A stretch of 48,604 nucleotides of DNA, taken from IMG/VR virus record IMGVR_UViG_3300043442_000703, positions 1 through 48,604 of that record. One strand, written 5' to 3'. Under the pieces are notes generated by a model. It was not told where the DNA came from, did no database searches, and was given only the letters and a program-made list of their open reading frames with translations. The DNA comes from a virus (Duplodnaviria > Caudoviricetes). Below, piece by piece: positions 1 through 9,002 of the stretch (position 1 is its first letter; every line of letters begins with the position of its first letter). The position numbers and the translations under genes are program-made.

Positions 1-187
1 GTACAAATGTGCCCGTTGCTGAGACATTTGCATTCGTCTGACCGTCGCCCCAGTCCACGTCGTAATTACAGGTGGAGGCTGTTCTAAGTGACCAGTTACC
101 ATCACTCGTTGTGATGCCAATGTCCCACGTCGTCAGAGTGGGTCCAGTGATAGCAAACTGATAGCTATTGATGTAGGCGACGCTCAT
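1..187 (-). CDS. N-terminus of a probable tail or surface protein (truncated by the window edge)
   Basis: Read manually: ATG at 187 overlaps the TGA of the upstream gene; MSVAYINSYQFAITG...YDVDWGDGQT has a PKD-like DWGDG motif; frame is open to the edge. Confidence 0.6.
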   Translation of the reverse strand, partial: MSVAYINSYQFAITGPTLTTWDIGITTSDGNWSLRTASTCNYDVDWGDGQTNANVSATGTFV

Positions 188-690
188 GGTTGCAAGCGGT
201 AGATCGTGTTTAATTTGTACTGTTGCATCAGCTCTCCTAGCTCCGTCAACTGAGCATCGCTCAAAGTCATCTGCCTCAGCAAAAGCCAGATAGCGTTCTG
301 CATCGCATCTTGGTTCTCGCGGTAGTTCATGCAATCTTGGATTGCAGAAACAAACACCGCCAATGCACGAGCTAACTCTGCTGTTGCAGGTGCCGCCAGC
401 AAGCCTTGATACACATTGCTGCTGAGCAACGCAAAATAGAAACTTTGGTAATCGAGCGGAGGCGGTGGTAATTCAACGACTTCCCAAGTCCACTGCCACT
501 CACCAGCAGCAAGATCGACTGCGCGAATCTCACGGAGGAAGTAGGTGCTCTTGTCGTAATCAGGACGTTCTTGCCGCACAACACGCAGCACCTGATAGCG
601 CGGATCCAGCCCCTGCACAGGCTCATTATCAGCCCGTGGGTAATCGAGCACCTTGCTGGTCTCGAAATCATAAAGGACAAAATTCTTCAT
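184..690 (-). CDS. Hypothetical protein, possibly tail-fibre associated
   Basis: ORF; ATG at 690 (MKNFVLY) follows the stop of the fibre gene by 4 nt. Confidence 0.65.
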   Translation of the reverse strand: MKNFVLYDFETSKVLDYPRADNEPVQGLDPRYQVLRVVRQERPDYDKSTYFLREIRAVDLAAGEWQWTWEVVELPPPPLDYQSFYFALLSSNVYQGLLAAPATAELARALAVFVSAIQDCMNYRENQDAMQNAIWLLLRQMTLSDAQLTELGELMQQYKLNTIYRLQP

Positions 691-694
691 TATC

Positions 695-2098
695 TCAGCC
701 CCTTGTGACATAGAGAGTCACCTTGAGACCAGCTCCGGCGACCGTAGAACCGATCTGATCAATGTCGATGCTGATTACTGCGCCTGATGCCAGCGCTGAA
801 TCGCTGATCACTGGAGGTGTTGCAGCGGTTGAGCTGCTGCTTTCACCTGCATCAATCGAGAGCTTGGTACTCAGCACCGAAACGCCGGCCTCGTTAATGT
901 CCACCACCAGCGTGCTGCCTGTGGGAGCGGTGTTCACATCAGCCTTCACCGCAGTCAGTGTCCCAGCATAGGGCATCGTGAAGCGTGCTTTATTAGTGCC
1001 GGCTGTCAGATTCGATGTTTCATCGCTACAGGCAATGATGAATACATCGCTGACAGTGAGTGTCTGCCAGGAGGCGTCGTAGTTAGTGCCACTATTCTTC
1101 GTGTAAACTTGACCGCTAGCTCCGCCACTAGTAATAAAACGATTATCATTGCCTGCGGCAACAGTGCCTGATACTGTACCAACATTTAACGTTGCACTGT
1201 TGCCAAGCCCAAGATTAGTGCGGCCAGAAATAGCGTTAAGGCCGCTCGATCCACCGTCCCAGGATAAACGTTCGCTATAAGCTGTATCCCATTGAGACTG
1301 CTTAGCATCAGTCGGCAAAGAATAACCGCTTACAAATGTAATAGCAAAAGTACCACTTGTTGTGACTGGCGATCCAGAAACGTTAAAACCTAAAGGAACT
1401 GATAACGCAACACTTGTAACAGTTCCACTAGAAAGTCCGCCACCACTAGGAGTTACCCAAACAGCGTCATAGTCTGCATTACTATTTTTGGCAAGGTACT
1501 GGCCAGTGACGCCGCCAGTGGGTACGCCAACACCTGGTGCGCCAGATGCTCCGGGCGCTCCAGATGGTCCAGTAGCACCAGTAGCACCTGATGCACCAGA
1601 AGGACCAACAAGAGAAGCTAACCATGCAGTCTGATCTCCTACAAATCCTTGGGCAACAGCAATCTGATAAGCACTGCTTCCACTAGGACCAGTAGCACCT
1701 GATGGCCCAGTAGCACCAGTAGCACCTGATGGTCCAGTAGCACCAGTAGCACCAGTAGCACCTGATGGTCCAGTAGCACCAGTAGCACCTGATGGTCCAG
1801 TAGCACCAGTAGCACCAGTAGCACCAGTAGCACCTGATGGCCCAGTAGCACCAGTAGCACCTGATGGCCCAGTAGCACCTGATGGCCCCGCTGGTCCTTG
1901 AAGGGTGCCTAAACTTTTCCAAATAGCGCTATCCCAAACAAAGAAAACTTGCAGATCTTCTGTTTGGTAAACATCACCAGGTGTTGCACCGCTAGGTAAA
2001 CTGCCTGAAGATGCAACAGTACCTTTGACATTAAGCGCAGAATAACTTGGTGCGCTTCCTTCAAAAGTACTTGTGAACGGGTTAAATTGATATCCCAT
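695..2098 (-). CDS. Collagen-like tail fibre or spike protein
   Basis: Long Gly-X-Y tract (GPSGATGAT)n, duplicated GG.GQ...KNS..(D/N)YDA.W motif, globular C-terminal domain. Confidence 0.85.
   Translation of the reverse strand: MGYQFNPFTSTFEGSAPSYSALNVKGTVASSGSLPSGATPGDVYQTEDLQVFFVWDSAIWKSLGTLQGPAGPSGATGPSGATGATGPSGATGATGATGATGPSGATGATGPSGATGATGATGPSGATGATGPSGATGPSGSSAYQIAVAQGFVGDQTAWLASLVGPSGASGATGATGPSGAPGASGAPGVGVPTGGVTGQYLAKNSNADYDAVWVTPSGGGLSSGTVTSVALSVPLGFNVSGSPVTTSGTFAITFVSGYSLPTDAKQSQWDTAYSERLSWDGGSSGLNAISGRTNLGLGNSATLNVGTVSGTVAAGNDNRFITSGGASGQVYTKNSGTNYDASWQTLTVSDVFIIACSDETSNLTAGTNKARFTMPYAGTLTAVKADVNTAPTGSTLVVDINEAGVSVLSTKLSIDAGESSSSTAATPPVISDSALASGAVISIDIDQIGSTVAGAGLKVTLYVTRG
1689..1886. 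repeat. 9-bp-unit tandem repeat encoding the collagen triplets
   Basis: Units CCAGTAGCA and CCTGATGG(T/C) repeated many times inside the fibre gene. Confidence 0.95.
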
Positions 2099-2100
2099 AA

Positions 2101-2373
2101 TTAACTCTTGGTTACACTGACAAGATTGTTGCTTCCGTCATAGGCAAGCGCAAGAGTAGCAACAGTAGTACCACCAGATCCACCTAGCTTGTATGTCACT
2201 CCCGTCAAGGTTGTGCCACTATACGCCAGAGCAATATGATCGTGCTTTGGCACAGAAAGACCTTCTACCGTCTCAAGGGGAGTGCCGCTAACAGTACTGA
2301 TTTGAATAGTTTCGTAATTTACGTAACCAGAAAAACCGTTCCCTAGATCGTTTGTATATCTAATCTGTGCCAT
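2101..2373 (-). CDS. Small beta-rich virion/tail protein (hypothetical)
   Basis: ATG at 2373 preceded by TATAAT; [21 protein letters not shown] motif; directly upstream of the fibre gene. Confidence 0.65.
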   Translation of the reverse strand: MAQIRYTNDLGNGFSGYVNYETIQISTVSGTPLETVEGLSVPKHDHIALAYSGTTLTGVTYKLGGSGGTTVATLALAYDGSNNLVSVTKS

Positions 2374-2418
2374 TTGCAGGACTTCTTTGTTAAAACTATT
2401 ATAACAAAATACGCATAA

Positions 2419-2447
2419 AGAAAAACCCCGGTGTATCAAGCCGGGGG
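2419..2447 (-). terminator. Rho-independent terminator
   Basis: Minus strand reads CCCCGG-cttgataca-CCGGGG-TTTTTCT. Confidence 0.8.
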
Positions 2448-2565
2448 CAAGTTCCTTCCTTCTCAAACGTTAAACCTTCGGTTCTAAACCGTGAGTTACG
2501 TACGTTACTTGAAGGAGTATTTCGACTATTTACTCCAGAGCAATATTGCTCCGTGTGTCAGGATA

Positions 2566-2769
2566 TCATGACTTCGACTGTTTATAACGCCTGGCTGCAC
2601 GTCCTGCTTTCTTGGCAGCATCAGTGTTCGCAACAAACTGTTTACCTTCGCGACTGGCAGCGCGTTTCTTTTGGTCTGTCTCCTGGCGTTCTTCTTTAGA
2701 CAGTGAGGCCCAGGCGCTCTCTGGTAGATACCGTTTGGTATATCCCTTCTGTATCGCTTTGTCTGCCAT
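2566..2769 (-). CDS. Small basic protein, C-terminal half of a DUF5872-like family
   Basis: RYLPESAWASLS..ER..T..KKR....GKQFVANT motif; TAATG coupling to the upstream ORF. Confidence 0.7.
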   Translation of the reverse strand: MADKAIQKGYTKRYLPESAWASLSKEERQETDQKKRAASREGKQFVANTDAAKKAGRAARRYKQSKS

Positions 2770-3053
2770 TACTTAGAGTCCTTATATTTCTTGGCAGCAG
2801 CTTTAGCTTTACTACGCTTTTCATATTCATCCTTCGTCATCCACTTCTCTTTACCCCACTTCTCCAAAGACTTCTGCTTCTCTCCCTTACCTCCCCTATA
2901 TCCCCCTCCCTCCTTCTCGTATTCCTGCGCCACAAGTTGTGCCTTGCGTGCAGACCACTGCCCAGGCTTACCACCTTTGGAGCCAGCCATCACGCGATCT
3001 TTAATGTTCTCGCGTAACTCTGGTTTGGTGTACTTGCTATCATCCTGGGCCAT
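2769..3053 (-). CDS. Small basic protein, N-terminal half of a DUF5872-like family
   Basis: YTKPELRE...KGGKPGQWSARKAQ..A.EY...GGGY motif. Confidence 0.75.
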   Translation of the reverse strand: MAQDDSKYTKPELRENIKDRVMAGSKGGKPGQWSARKAQLVAQEYEKEGGGYRGGKGEKQKSLEKWGKEKWMTKDEYEKRSKAKAAAKKYKDSK

Positions 3054-3264
3054 CAGGATTATTTTTCTTTTCTTCTAATATTTTAGCCCACTTACATGGA
3101 CGAGCAGACTTAGCCCAATCCTTGGGTGGATTAGGAATAAGCCGCTCTAGTTGCCAGAAGTATTCTTCTAACCGTTCTTGTTCGGTCGGAATCCTAAACT
3201 TCCTTTCGGACTGCTTGGCCACCAAAGCGCTCCATGATTTCATCCATGTGTTCCAGGGATTCAA
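3040..3264 (-). CDS. Hypothetical protein (start uncertain)
   Basis: ORF fills the gap between two minus-strand genes. Confidence 0.4.
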   Translation of the reverse strand: MNPWNTWMKSWSALVAKQSERKFRIPTEQERLEEYFWQLERLIPNPPKDWAKSARPCKWAKILEEKKNNPDGPG

Positions 3265-3394
3265 GCCTGGTCAACATCTCTGCAATCATATTGATCGTGA
3301 TGGGATGTTCGGCCCTAGCTGCAAATGCCAATGCATCACGCAACGCTTCCGTCGCCTGCTTCACTGACTCCTTCACTTGATTCGACAGGGCCAT
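3194..3394 (-). CDS. Small helical cyanophage-type hypothetical protein
   Basis: MALSNQVKESVKQA..ALRDALAFAARAE.P resembles small proteins I recall from cyanophages. Confidence 0.65.
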   Translation of the reverse strand: MALSNQVKESVKQATEALRDALAFAARAEHPITINMIAEMLTRLESLEHMDEIMERFGGQAVRKEV

Positions 3395-3543
3395 TTCCGA
3401 TTCCTTGGGTTCTCTCAGTATAGGTGCGATTATCAGCATGGAGTTTGGAAATCTTCAAACTATGGAGCAACTGATTATGGTTATCGAGAAATTCGTAACC
3501 TTGGCTCAGTGCATTCTCATATTCTGGCAGTGCCATAACTAAA

Positions 3544-4038
3544 TCAAAGTTGGGTTAACTCAATCTTACTGGTTGGAAAGTCCGAACAGATTACATCTGC
3601 ATAATCTGAACAGATCGAATAGATATTTTTGCTCCTCCATTCCTTTACCTTCTCTGCAGTCGGTGGCTCCAGGTCCACCAGGATGCAGTCGGGGCCAGCA
3701 TGACAGTTGGGATATGTCCAGATCTTGCCCTTGCTGGTGAGCGTATAGGTATCGGTATCATGCCAGAAGCAGTGATGTTGGTCCTTAAGCAGGTACAAGG
3801 CAGGAAGGTTCTTGCAATGGAAGATCAGATAGTCATTTCGTTCTTTGATCCAATGCAGATCAACAAAGTGCTCTGGCTTGTCATGGCCTAGGTAGAAGCA
3901 TCCTTCGACAAACCGAATGTCAACCTCTACCTCGTACAACTCATCAATTGCTTTATCGATATAGCCAGGAGTATTTTCTAGTTCAGGCTTCCTTCCCCGT
4001 AGGTTGCCACGGTGGGAGATCGCACTTAAGAACGACAT
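3544..4038 (-). CDS. Glycerophosphodiester phosphodiesterase-like protein (short GDPD fold)
   Basis: ISHRGN...ENT...A......EVD...LGHD...HCKN...ICSDY motifs. Confidence 0.75.
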   Translation of the reverse strand: MSFLSAISHRGNLRGRKPELENTPGYIDKAIDELYEVEVDIRFVEGCFYLGHDKPEHFVDLHWIKERNDYLIFHCKNLPALYLLKDQHHCFWHDTDTYTLTSKGKIWTYPNCHAGPDCILVDLEPPTAEKVKEWRSKNIYSICSDYADVICSDFPTSKIELTQL

Positions 4039-5408
4039 TACGCAAACTCTTTCAGGAATACATCAAGGTCTTCTGGTGTACCAAGCCCGTGCATAGCTCG
4101 AACTGGGACTGCAGAAATTTTTTTGCCTTCCTTGATGGCGTAATTATATGCAGGACAAATGTAAAACTCGCCAAGTGTGCGGTCATCCGCCGCAATCATT
4201 TGGTCAACGTACTTAACGAAGTCGCTGCCCTTACGCCACCAGTACACACCGCAGGTAGCGTCATGACTGATGGGTTTCTTCTCGGCAACCTCAATGATAT
4301 CTGTGCTGCCAGGTGCACGCTTGACATAGCTCCACTTCGGGTGGGTGCTATAGAACGTAAAGATCGCACCATCAGCATCCGTATTCTCCAGCTGGTACAG
4401 GCTGTGGATCGGATCCCACTCCAGGTACTGGTCGCTGTTGAGGATCAGCAGGGGCTTGTCGTTATCGATCAGCTCACGCGCCAACATCGCTGTGCATGCG
4501 GCACCCTCGGTCACGCCATCGACTGGGACCACATTGGAACCAGGGGAGATCAGGTTCATCAAGCTGGGCAGGCTGTACTGCTCGATGTGTTCCTGCTGGG
4601 CAATGAACGTATAGTTTGCCTTGATGCCAACGTTCTCAACCACCCACTGGATCATGGGTTTGCCACGTACATCAATCAACGGTTTAGGGAACGTATAGCC
4701 AGCAGCTGCAAACCGTGACCCACGGCCTGCCATTGGGATCAGTACGTTGAGATCATTCATGTGCGGCTTTGCCTTGACAATCACTTCTTCTGTAAGGATG
4801 TTAATACCTTTCTGAATCTTTTCGGCAGTCAGGTCTAGACGATTCTTAACGCAGATCACATGGGCACCGGAGTCCAGCGCAGCTTGCTGGCCAACATGTG
4901 AATCCTCGAACACCAACGTATTAGAAGGTGTTGCATTGCACTGGATCATGCACTGCCAATACAAATCAGGGGCTGGCTTCTTCCGTGACACCTCATCCGC
5001 ACTGACGAAATAATCAATGAAGGGAAACAGGTGTAAAGAGTAGAGCGCATTCTGCACTGACTTCCGGATGCAGTTAGATGCAACAGCAACCTTGATGCCT
5101 GCACTCTTGATTTGGATCAACAGCTCGATCAGCTGTGTATCCATCTCAAACTCATTAAAGTATTCAGTGGTTAACTTTTGTTTTAATTCCCACACATTCT
5201 TATGGCGTTCGATTGGTAGTCCACGCTCACGCGTCAACATCTCCAGCTTCACGCTGGTAGGTAAGCCGTCATACGTGCGAAGATGCTCCTCGCGGCTAAT
5301 CACATATTTCGGATCAATCTCTGCCAGGGCCTCATTAAGGGCTTGGTAATGGATGTCCTTGCTGTCAACAAGAACACCGTCAAGGTCAAAGCAGATCAGC
5401 TTATTCAT
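4038..5408 (-). CDS. HAD phosphatase / sugar nucleotidyltransferase fusion
   Basis: N-terminal FDLDGVL, KPAPD and FEDS HAD motifs; C-terminal IPMAGRGSRF..PKPLI, EKKPIS and LGTPEDL NTP-transferase motifs. Confidence 0.9.
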   Translation of the reverse strand: MNKLICFDLDGVLVDSKDIHYQALNEALAEIDPKYVISREEHLRTYDGLPTSVKLEMLTRERGLPIERHKNVWELKQKLTTEYFNEFEMDTQLIELLIQIKSAGIKVAVASNCIRKSVQNALYSLHLFPFIDYFVSADEVSRKKPAPDLYWQCMIQCNATPSNTLVFEDSHVGQQAALDSGAHVICVKNRLDLTAEKIQKGINILTEEVIVKAKPHMNDLNVLIPMAGRGSRFAAAGYTFPKPLIDVRGKPMIQWVVENVGIKANYTFIAQQEHIEQYSLPSLMNLISPGSNVVPVDGVTEGAACTAMLARELIDNDKPLLILNSDQYLEWDPIHSLYQLENTDADGAIFTFYSTHPKWSYVKRAPGSTDIIEVAEKKPISHDATCGVYWWRKGSDFVKYVDQMIAADDRTLGEFYICPAYNYAIKEGKKISAVPVRAMHGLGTPEDLDVFLKEFA

Positions 5409-6949
5409 TTTGAATCAACCTCTAGGAAATACTGTTGGTCGCGATGCTCTTTCTGGTGGCACACCAGTGAGTTGTAAGCGCATTTGAAGTGGACATAAGG
5501 CGCAACACGCCGTGTCCATTCCAGGTCTTCTTCCTGCATATGGCCCAGGCGTTCATCAAAGGGGTGGTCAAGCAGGAGACCACGGTGCACGCAGAAGATA
5601 TTGCCGGAGATATAAACCTCATCATTGTGATCCCAATCCTTGTAGTCATAGAACTGGCGATCATCTAACTCACGTGGTCCACAGAAGCCGCTCCAGTCAT
5701 ACCAAAACCTGCCGCCGTCGCTCCGTTGTTGCGGGAACGCAAGTATGTTCCAGCTATTCCAGCACTCAAACTCCCACAGCTTCTTGGCCCAGTCCGGGGT
5801 CAGCCACAAGTAGTCGTGCAGGAGGCACAGGCGATCAAAGTCTGCCTTCTGCGCCAGGATGTTTTTCTTCTTGGTGATCCACAGGGGACGGACCGATTCA
5901 TCAAATTCGATGTACTGGATGTCAGGGTGTTCCAGCTCCTTAACAATTTCCTCCGGAGGCTCTGGGCCAATCACCAAGATCTGGTAGTCATCAAGATGTG
6001 TGGCTTGCTTGCGGATGGAATCAACACACTTGATCAGGTGCTCGGCATTGTCATAGCCAGTGCAAATGCCAAAGGTGATAGTGAAATCCTTGGATTCTTT
6101 GTCGCCATGAATGATGTTGATCGTGTGCTGACGCAGCCGGTCTTTATGGAACGCAACAACATCTGGGTTGGGAACCACGGGCTCCTTGTGTTTGATCTCG
6201 GCATGGAGTTCGGGGTCCACAAGAATTGCGTAGCCCGCATCACGGATGCTCTTGCAGAATCCCCAGTGCTCACAACCTTTGTCGCCATCCCAACTGATGT
6301 CACCGTCTTCAAAAACTGCACCATGGACTAGGGCAATGGAGCCAAAGGCACTCTGAACTTCGACAGGAAAGTCGTCATCCCAGAGGCGACGATCATCAGG
6401 ATCAACAAATGGATTGGCAGCAAACGTCATGCCCTGGTTCCCATCCATGTCAATGAGAGCCCAGCTGTCGTAATAAGACGGTAAGCCGGTGTCACCGATG
6501 GCGTCCGTAACATCCTGCACCGTGTTGGGTGTGATCATGCCAATGGTGGGGTCCGCTTCCAGCTCCTCGACCATCCGCTCAATCAGATCAGGACGGAAGT
6601 GGACATCACTGTCGGCAACCAACAGGTAATCAAAGGCCCAGAAGTCCAGGACACTCAGGCACACGTTGCGATAACGGGCCAACCACTTAGTACGTTCGGT
6701 GGATTGGACACTGCCCCACTTGCGAGAACCAGTCTTCTCGCTCAACAAAAAACCTTTGCGATCATCCAGCCAGCGCATCAGTATGCCAGCCGTCATGTCC
6801 TTGGAATCGTTCTCCAGGAATGAGTAGATGAACCGATATCCCTTGGGGATCAGTTCATTTTCCATCCATTCGTACTGAGCAAGCGCATGCCCAATGTGCT
6901 CACTACTATCTCGCCACAGTGTCAACACTGCGATGCGCTTGCCAGCCAT
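5405..6949 (-). CDS. Two-domain GT-A glycosyltransferase
   Basis: Domain 1: ENDSKD, LARYRN, DSD, YDSWAL, SAFG, CEH (Anp1/GT62-like); domain 2: FGICT, KKN, LHDY, EDLEW (GT2-like). Confidence 0.8.
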   Translation of the reverse strand: MAGKRIAVLTLWRDSSEHIGHALAQYEWMENELIPKGYRFIYSFLENDSKDMTAGILMRWLDDRKGFLLSEKTGSRKWGSVQSTERTKWLARYRNVCLSVLDFWAFDYLLVADSDVHFRPDLIERMVEELEADPTIGMITPNTVQDVTDAIGDTGLPSYYDSWALIDMDGNQGMTFAANPFVDPDDRRLWDDDFPVEVQSAFGSIALVHGAVFEDGDISWDGDKGCEHWGFCKSIRDAGYAILVDPELHAEIKHKEPVVPNPDVVAFHKDRLRQHTINIIHGDKESKDFTITFGICTGYDNAEHLIKCVDSIRKQATHLDDYQILVIGPEPPEEIVKELEHPDIQYIEFDESVRPLWITKKKNILAQKADFDRLCLLHDYLWLTPDWAKKLWEFECWNSWNILAFPQQRSDGGRFWYDWSGFCGPRELDDRQFYDYKDWDHNDEVYISGNIFCVHRGLLLDHPFDERLGHMQEEDLEWTRRVAPYVHFKCAYNSLVCHQKEHRDQQYFLEVDSK

Positions 6950-6956
6950 GAATGGG

Positions 6957-7118
6957 TTACAGATCTACCCGAATATAAGAGATTTCTTGCTCCTGTAAAC
7001 GTTTCTCTAATTCATCGGCTTCAATTGTTTCAACATCTTCAAACGCTTTGCCATTTAGGCAACCGGTTCTGCAATCCTCATCTGTATCAAGGTAGAACCG
7101 CGTGAGATTTGATCCCAT
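6957..7118 (-). CDS. Small acidic hypothetical protein (53 aa, not in the ORF track)
   Basis: Read manually: MGSNLTRFYLDTDEDCRTGC...ISYIRVDL*; fills the gap between hli and the GT gene. Confidence 0.55.
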   Translation of the reverse strand: MGSNLTRFYLDTDEDCRTGCLNGKAFEDVETIEADELEKRLQEQEISYIRVDL

Positions 7119-7356
7119 CGATCAGGCTCCAAAGGCTGGTATGAGTTGTGAATTCGTACAGCAACACAACCGTCAACGCCAACATCGCAATACGTCCGTT
7201 CACCCGCTCGGCGTACCAGATGTGATCGTCAAAGTTTGTATGGCCTTCCCAGAATTTTAAGTCAGGGCATTCTTCCAGGAGCCACTTCAGTAGCGCAGGA
7301 AACAACCAACCAAGGCAAGACCAGTATCCCTTGACCGTCAGCAGGATCTTTTCCAT
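7087..7356 (-). CDS. hli: High-light-inducible protein (HLIP)-like
   Basis: AERVNGRIAML chlorophyll-binding motif followed by a TM helix and E..T. Confidence 0.85.
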   Translation of the reverse strand: MEKILLTVKGYWSCLGWLFPALLKWLLEECPDLKFWEGHTNFDDHIWYAERVNGRIAMLALTVVLLYEFTTHTSLWSLIDGIKSHAVLP

Positions 7357-7457
7357 CAGTGGATCAGGTGTCCGGTGAAAAACAGGTAAGCATCAATGCC
7401 TACGACAACAACAATAGCTCCTAAAACGGCAATGATCGCGTACGTGAAGTCTTTCAT
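7356..7457 (-). CDS. 33-aa single-TM peptide
   Basis: MKDFTYAIIAVLGAIVVVVGIDAYLFFTGHLIH; its TGA overlaps the hli ATG. Confidence 0.5.
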   Translation of the reverse strand: MKDFTYAIIAVLGAIVVVVGIDAYLFFTGHLIH

Positions 7458-7509
7458 TCGCACTCCGTTGACAACCCAGGTAAGCTGAAAATAATATACA
7501 AAACCTTCA

Positions 7510-8364
7510 ATGGTTGCTAAAGTTAACGCAGCAGATCCTTGGATCAAAGCCAAGGATGAGCAACCAGAAGTTATGCGGGACCTCAACCGGACCGCAGCCA
7601 GAATTACGCTTAACGGCAAGCGGCATTACACCACCCCGTTACCCACTGGACCTGCACCGTCCGTAACCACAATCATTAGCGAAACAGCTTCCGAAGCAAA
7701 CAAGCGGAAGCTCGAAATGTGGTCAAAAGCTAACCCAGGTGTAAAAGAAGCAGCTGCTGAGCGCGGTACTGCCATCCACTACGGCATGGAGCAGTATCTT
7801 AAGGGGAACAAATCACCGGAAATTCCCAATGACTATAAGGACTTTTGGGCGGGCATGCCTTCGATCCTTGATCAATTTCAAGAGGTCCTGTGGGCGGAAT
7901 CTCCTGTTCTTGAAAAGTTTAATTTTACTATCGGTAGCGATGACGTTGCTCGCGTGTGGGGTTGCGATAACGACGGGCGAAGTTGGGCTGGTGCTCCCGA
8001 CATTATTGCTGTGGCTAATAATAAGCTCACTCTCGCTGACTTAAAGACCAGCGTCAAACCCTATAGCCGCAAGTGGCCTAAAGATCTGGATAAGGGATCG
8101 CCGGAATGGCGAGACCTCCTGGGTGGCCACATGAAGTTCAAGAAGACCTGTAAGCAGCTGGCGGCCTATGATATTGCCATCCAGCAGACCTTGGGCATCA
8201 AGGTCCAACAGGCGGCCATCCTGGTTTCAACGCCTGTCCGCACTCAGGTCTTCAAGATCTCCAGGCGATTCCTGGATGTGTTGCACGACGACTGGTACAA
8301 GATCGTGGCCGAATACTACGAGCAGGTCGAGAATTGCAATGTGTATGACCCTGATTTGATTTGA
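7510..8364 (+). CDS. PD-(D/E)XK exonuclease (Cas4/MGME1-like phage exonuclease)
   Basis: PSVTTII, RGTAIH, AGAPD, DLKTS and QLAAY motifs. Confidence 0.85.
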   Translation: MVAKVNAADPWIKAKDEQPEVMRDLNRTAARITLNGKRHYTTPLPTGPAPSVTTIISETASEANKRKLEMWSKANPGVKEAAAERGTAIHYGMEQYLKGNKSPEIPNDYKDFWAGMPSILDQFQEVLWAESPVLEKFNFTIGSDDVARVWGCDNDGRSWAGAPDIIAVANNKLTLADLKTSVKPYSRKWPKDLDKGSPEWRDLLGGHMKFKKTCKQLAAYDIAIQQTLGIKVQQAAILVSTPVRTQVFKISRRFLDVLHDDWYKIVAEYYEQVENCNVYDPDLI

Positions 8365-8533
8365 GATGCCAGAAGAAAAACCCACTATCAAAGTGAGTCT
8401 CACTCAAGAAGAATAGAGAGGGAAAAGGCCGCCAGGCCGATTTACACCGAACACCCTATCAATCCTGTGTTGCAGACAGGGGAATCCCAAAAGTTGGGCG
8501 GGGCCATGCAACTCACCGCACCTTGGTACAAAA

Positions 8534-8746
8534 ATGACGCAATGGACGCCGGACAATCAGAACGTTCCCTGGAGCAAGACGGACCCTGAGGAGCAGCGCC
8601 GCCGGGTTGCCTGGTCTGTCGCAACGTCGTGTGCAATTGAGACAGGTGAGTCACCAGTTGACATCTACGAGCGCATGCTGAAGAAGCTTCAGGACGTAGA
8701 TGCCTACGGACATATGGCTCTAGATGAGTCTAATGAGTCTACCTAA
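8534..8746 (+). CDS. Hypothetical protein
   Basis: 70-aa ORF co-oriented within the replication block. Confidence 0.55.
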   Translation: MTQWTPDNQNVPWSKTDPEEQRRRVAWSVATSCAIETGESPVDIYERMLKKLQDVDAYGHMALDESNEST

Positions 8747-8816
8747 TTCCCGAAAATCGTAAGGGTCCGGCTGGATTGGTCGCCGTAGGATAAGAAAACA
8801 CTCAGCTCCACCCCAG

Positions 8817-9002
8817 ATGGAAATTCACATTTCCCTGGGAGAGTGGATAAATACTCTCCAGATCCGCATGGGCAATGCGGTGGATGGGGATTGTTTTTAT
8901 CTACCCTCCCTGATGCATCTTCATGCATTTCAACTGGTCAAGGAAGCTTCTTTTCCGGAGCGAAACTTTAAAGTGGCACTTGAAGAAGAAAGAAAAGTAT
9001 GA
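8817..9002 (+). CDS. Hypothetical protein
   Basis: 61-aa ORF; ATGA overlap with the primase gene; TAGGAT box upstream. Confidence 0.6.
   Translation: MEIHISLGEWINTLQIRMGNAVDGDCFYLPSLMHLHAFQLVKEASFPERNFKVALEEERKV

Noticed and set aside
1639-1922. Repetitive ORFs (LLVLLGHQV.., CYWCYW..) and a CRISPR-like appearance
   Set aside because: These are alternative frames of the collagen repeat; there are no unique spacers and no cas genes
3336-3536. 66-aa ORF MALPEYEN...
   Set aside because: May be real but has no motif support and overlaps a better-supported gene; not called
3948-6331. Plus-strand ORFs of 256 and 201 aa
   Set aside because: Antisense shadows of the HAD/NTP-transferase and GT genes
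7510-8364. Cas4-like nuclease as evidence of a CRISPR system
   Set aside because: Stand-alone phage exonuclease without the Cys cluster, an array or other cas genes
8366-8533. Short ORF MPEEKP..EE-TAG in frame with the 8534 gene (possible TAG readthrough) and a GTGAGTCTCAC palindrome
   Set aside because: Other genes end normally at TAG, no suppressor tRNA was seen, and the intervening peptide is unconvincing
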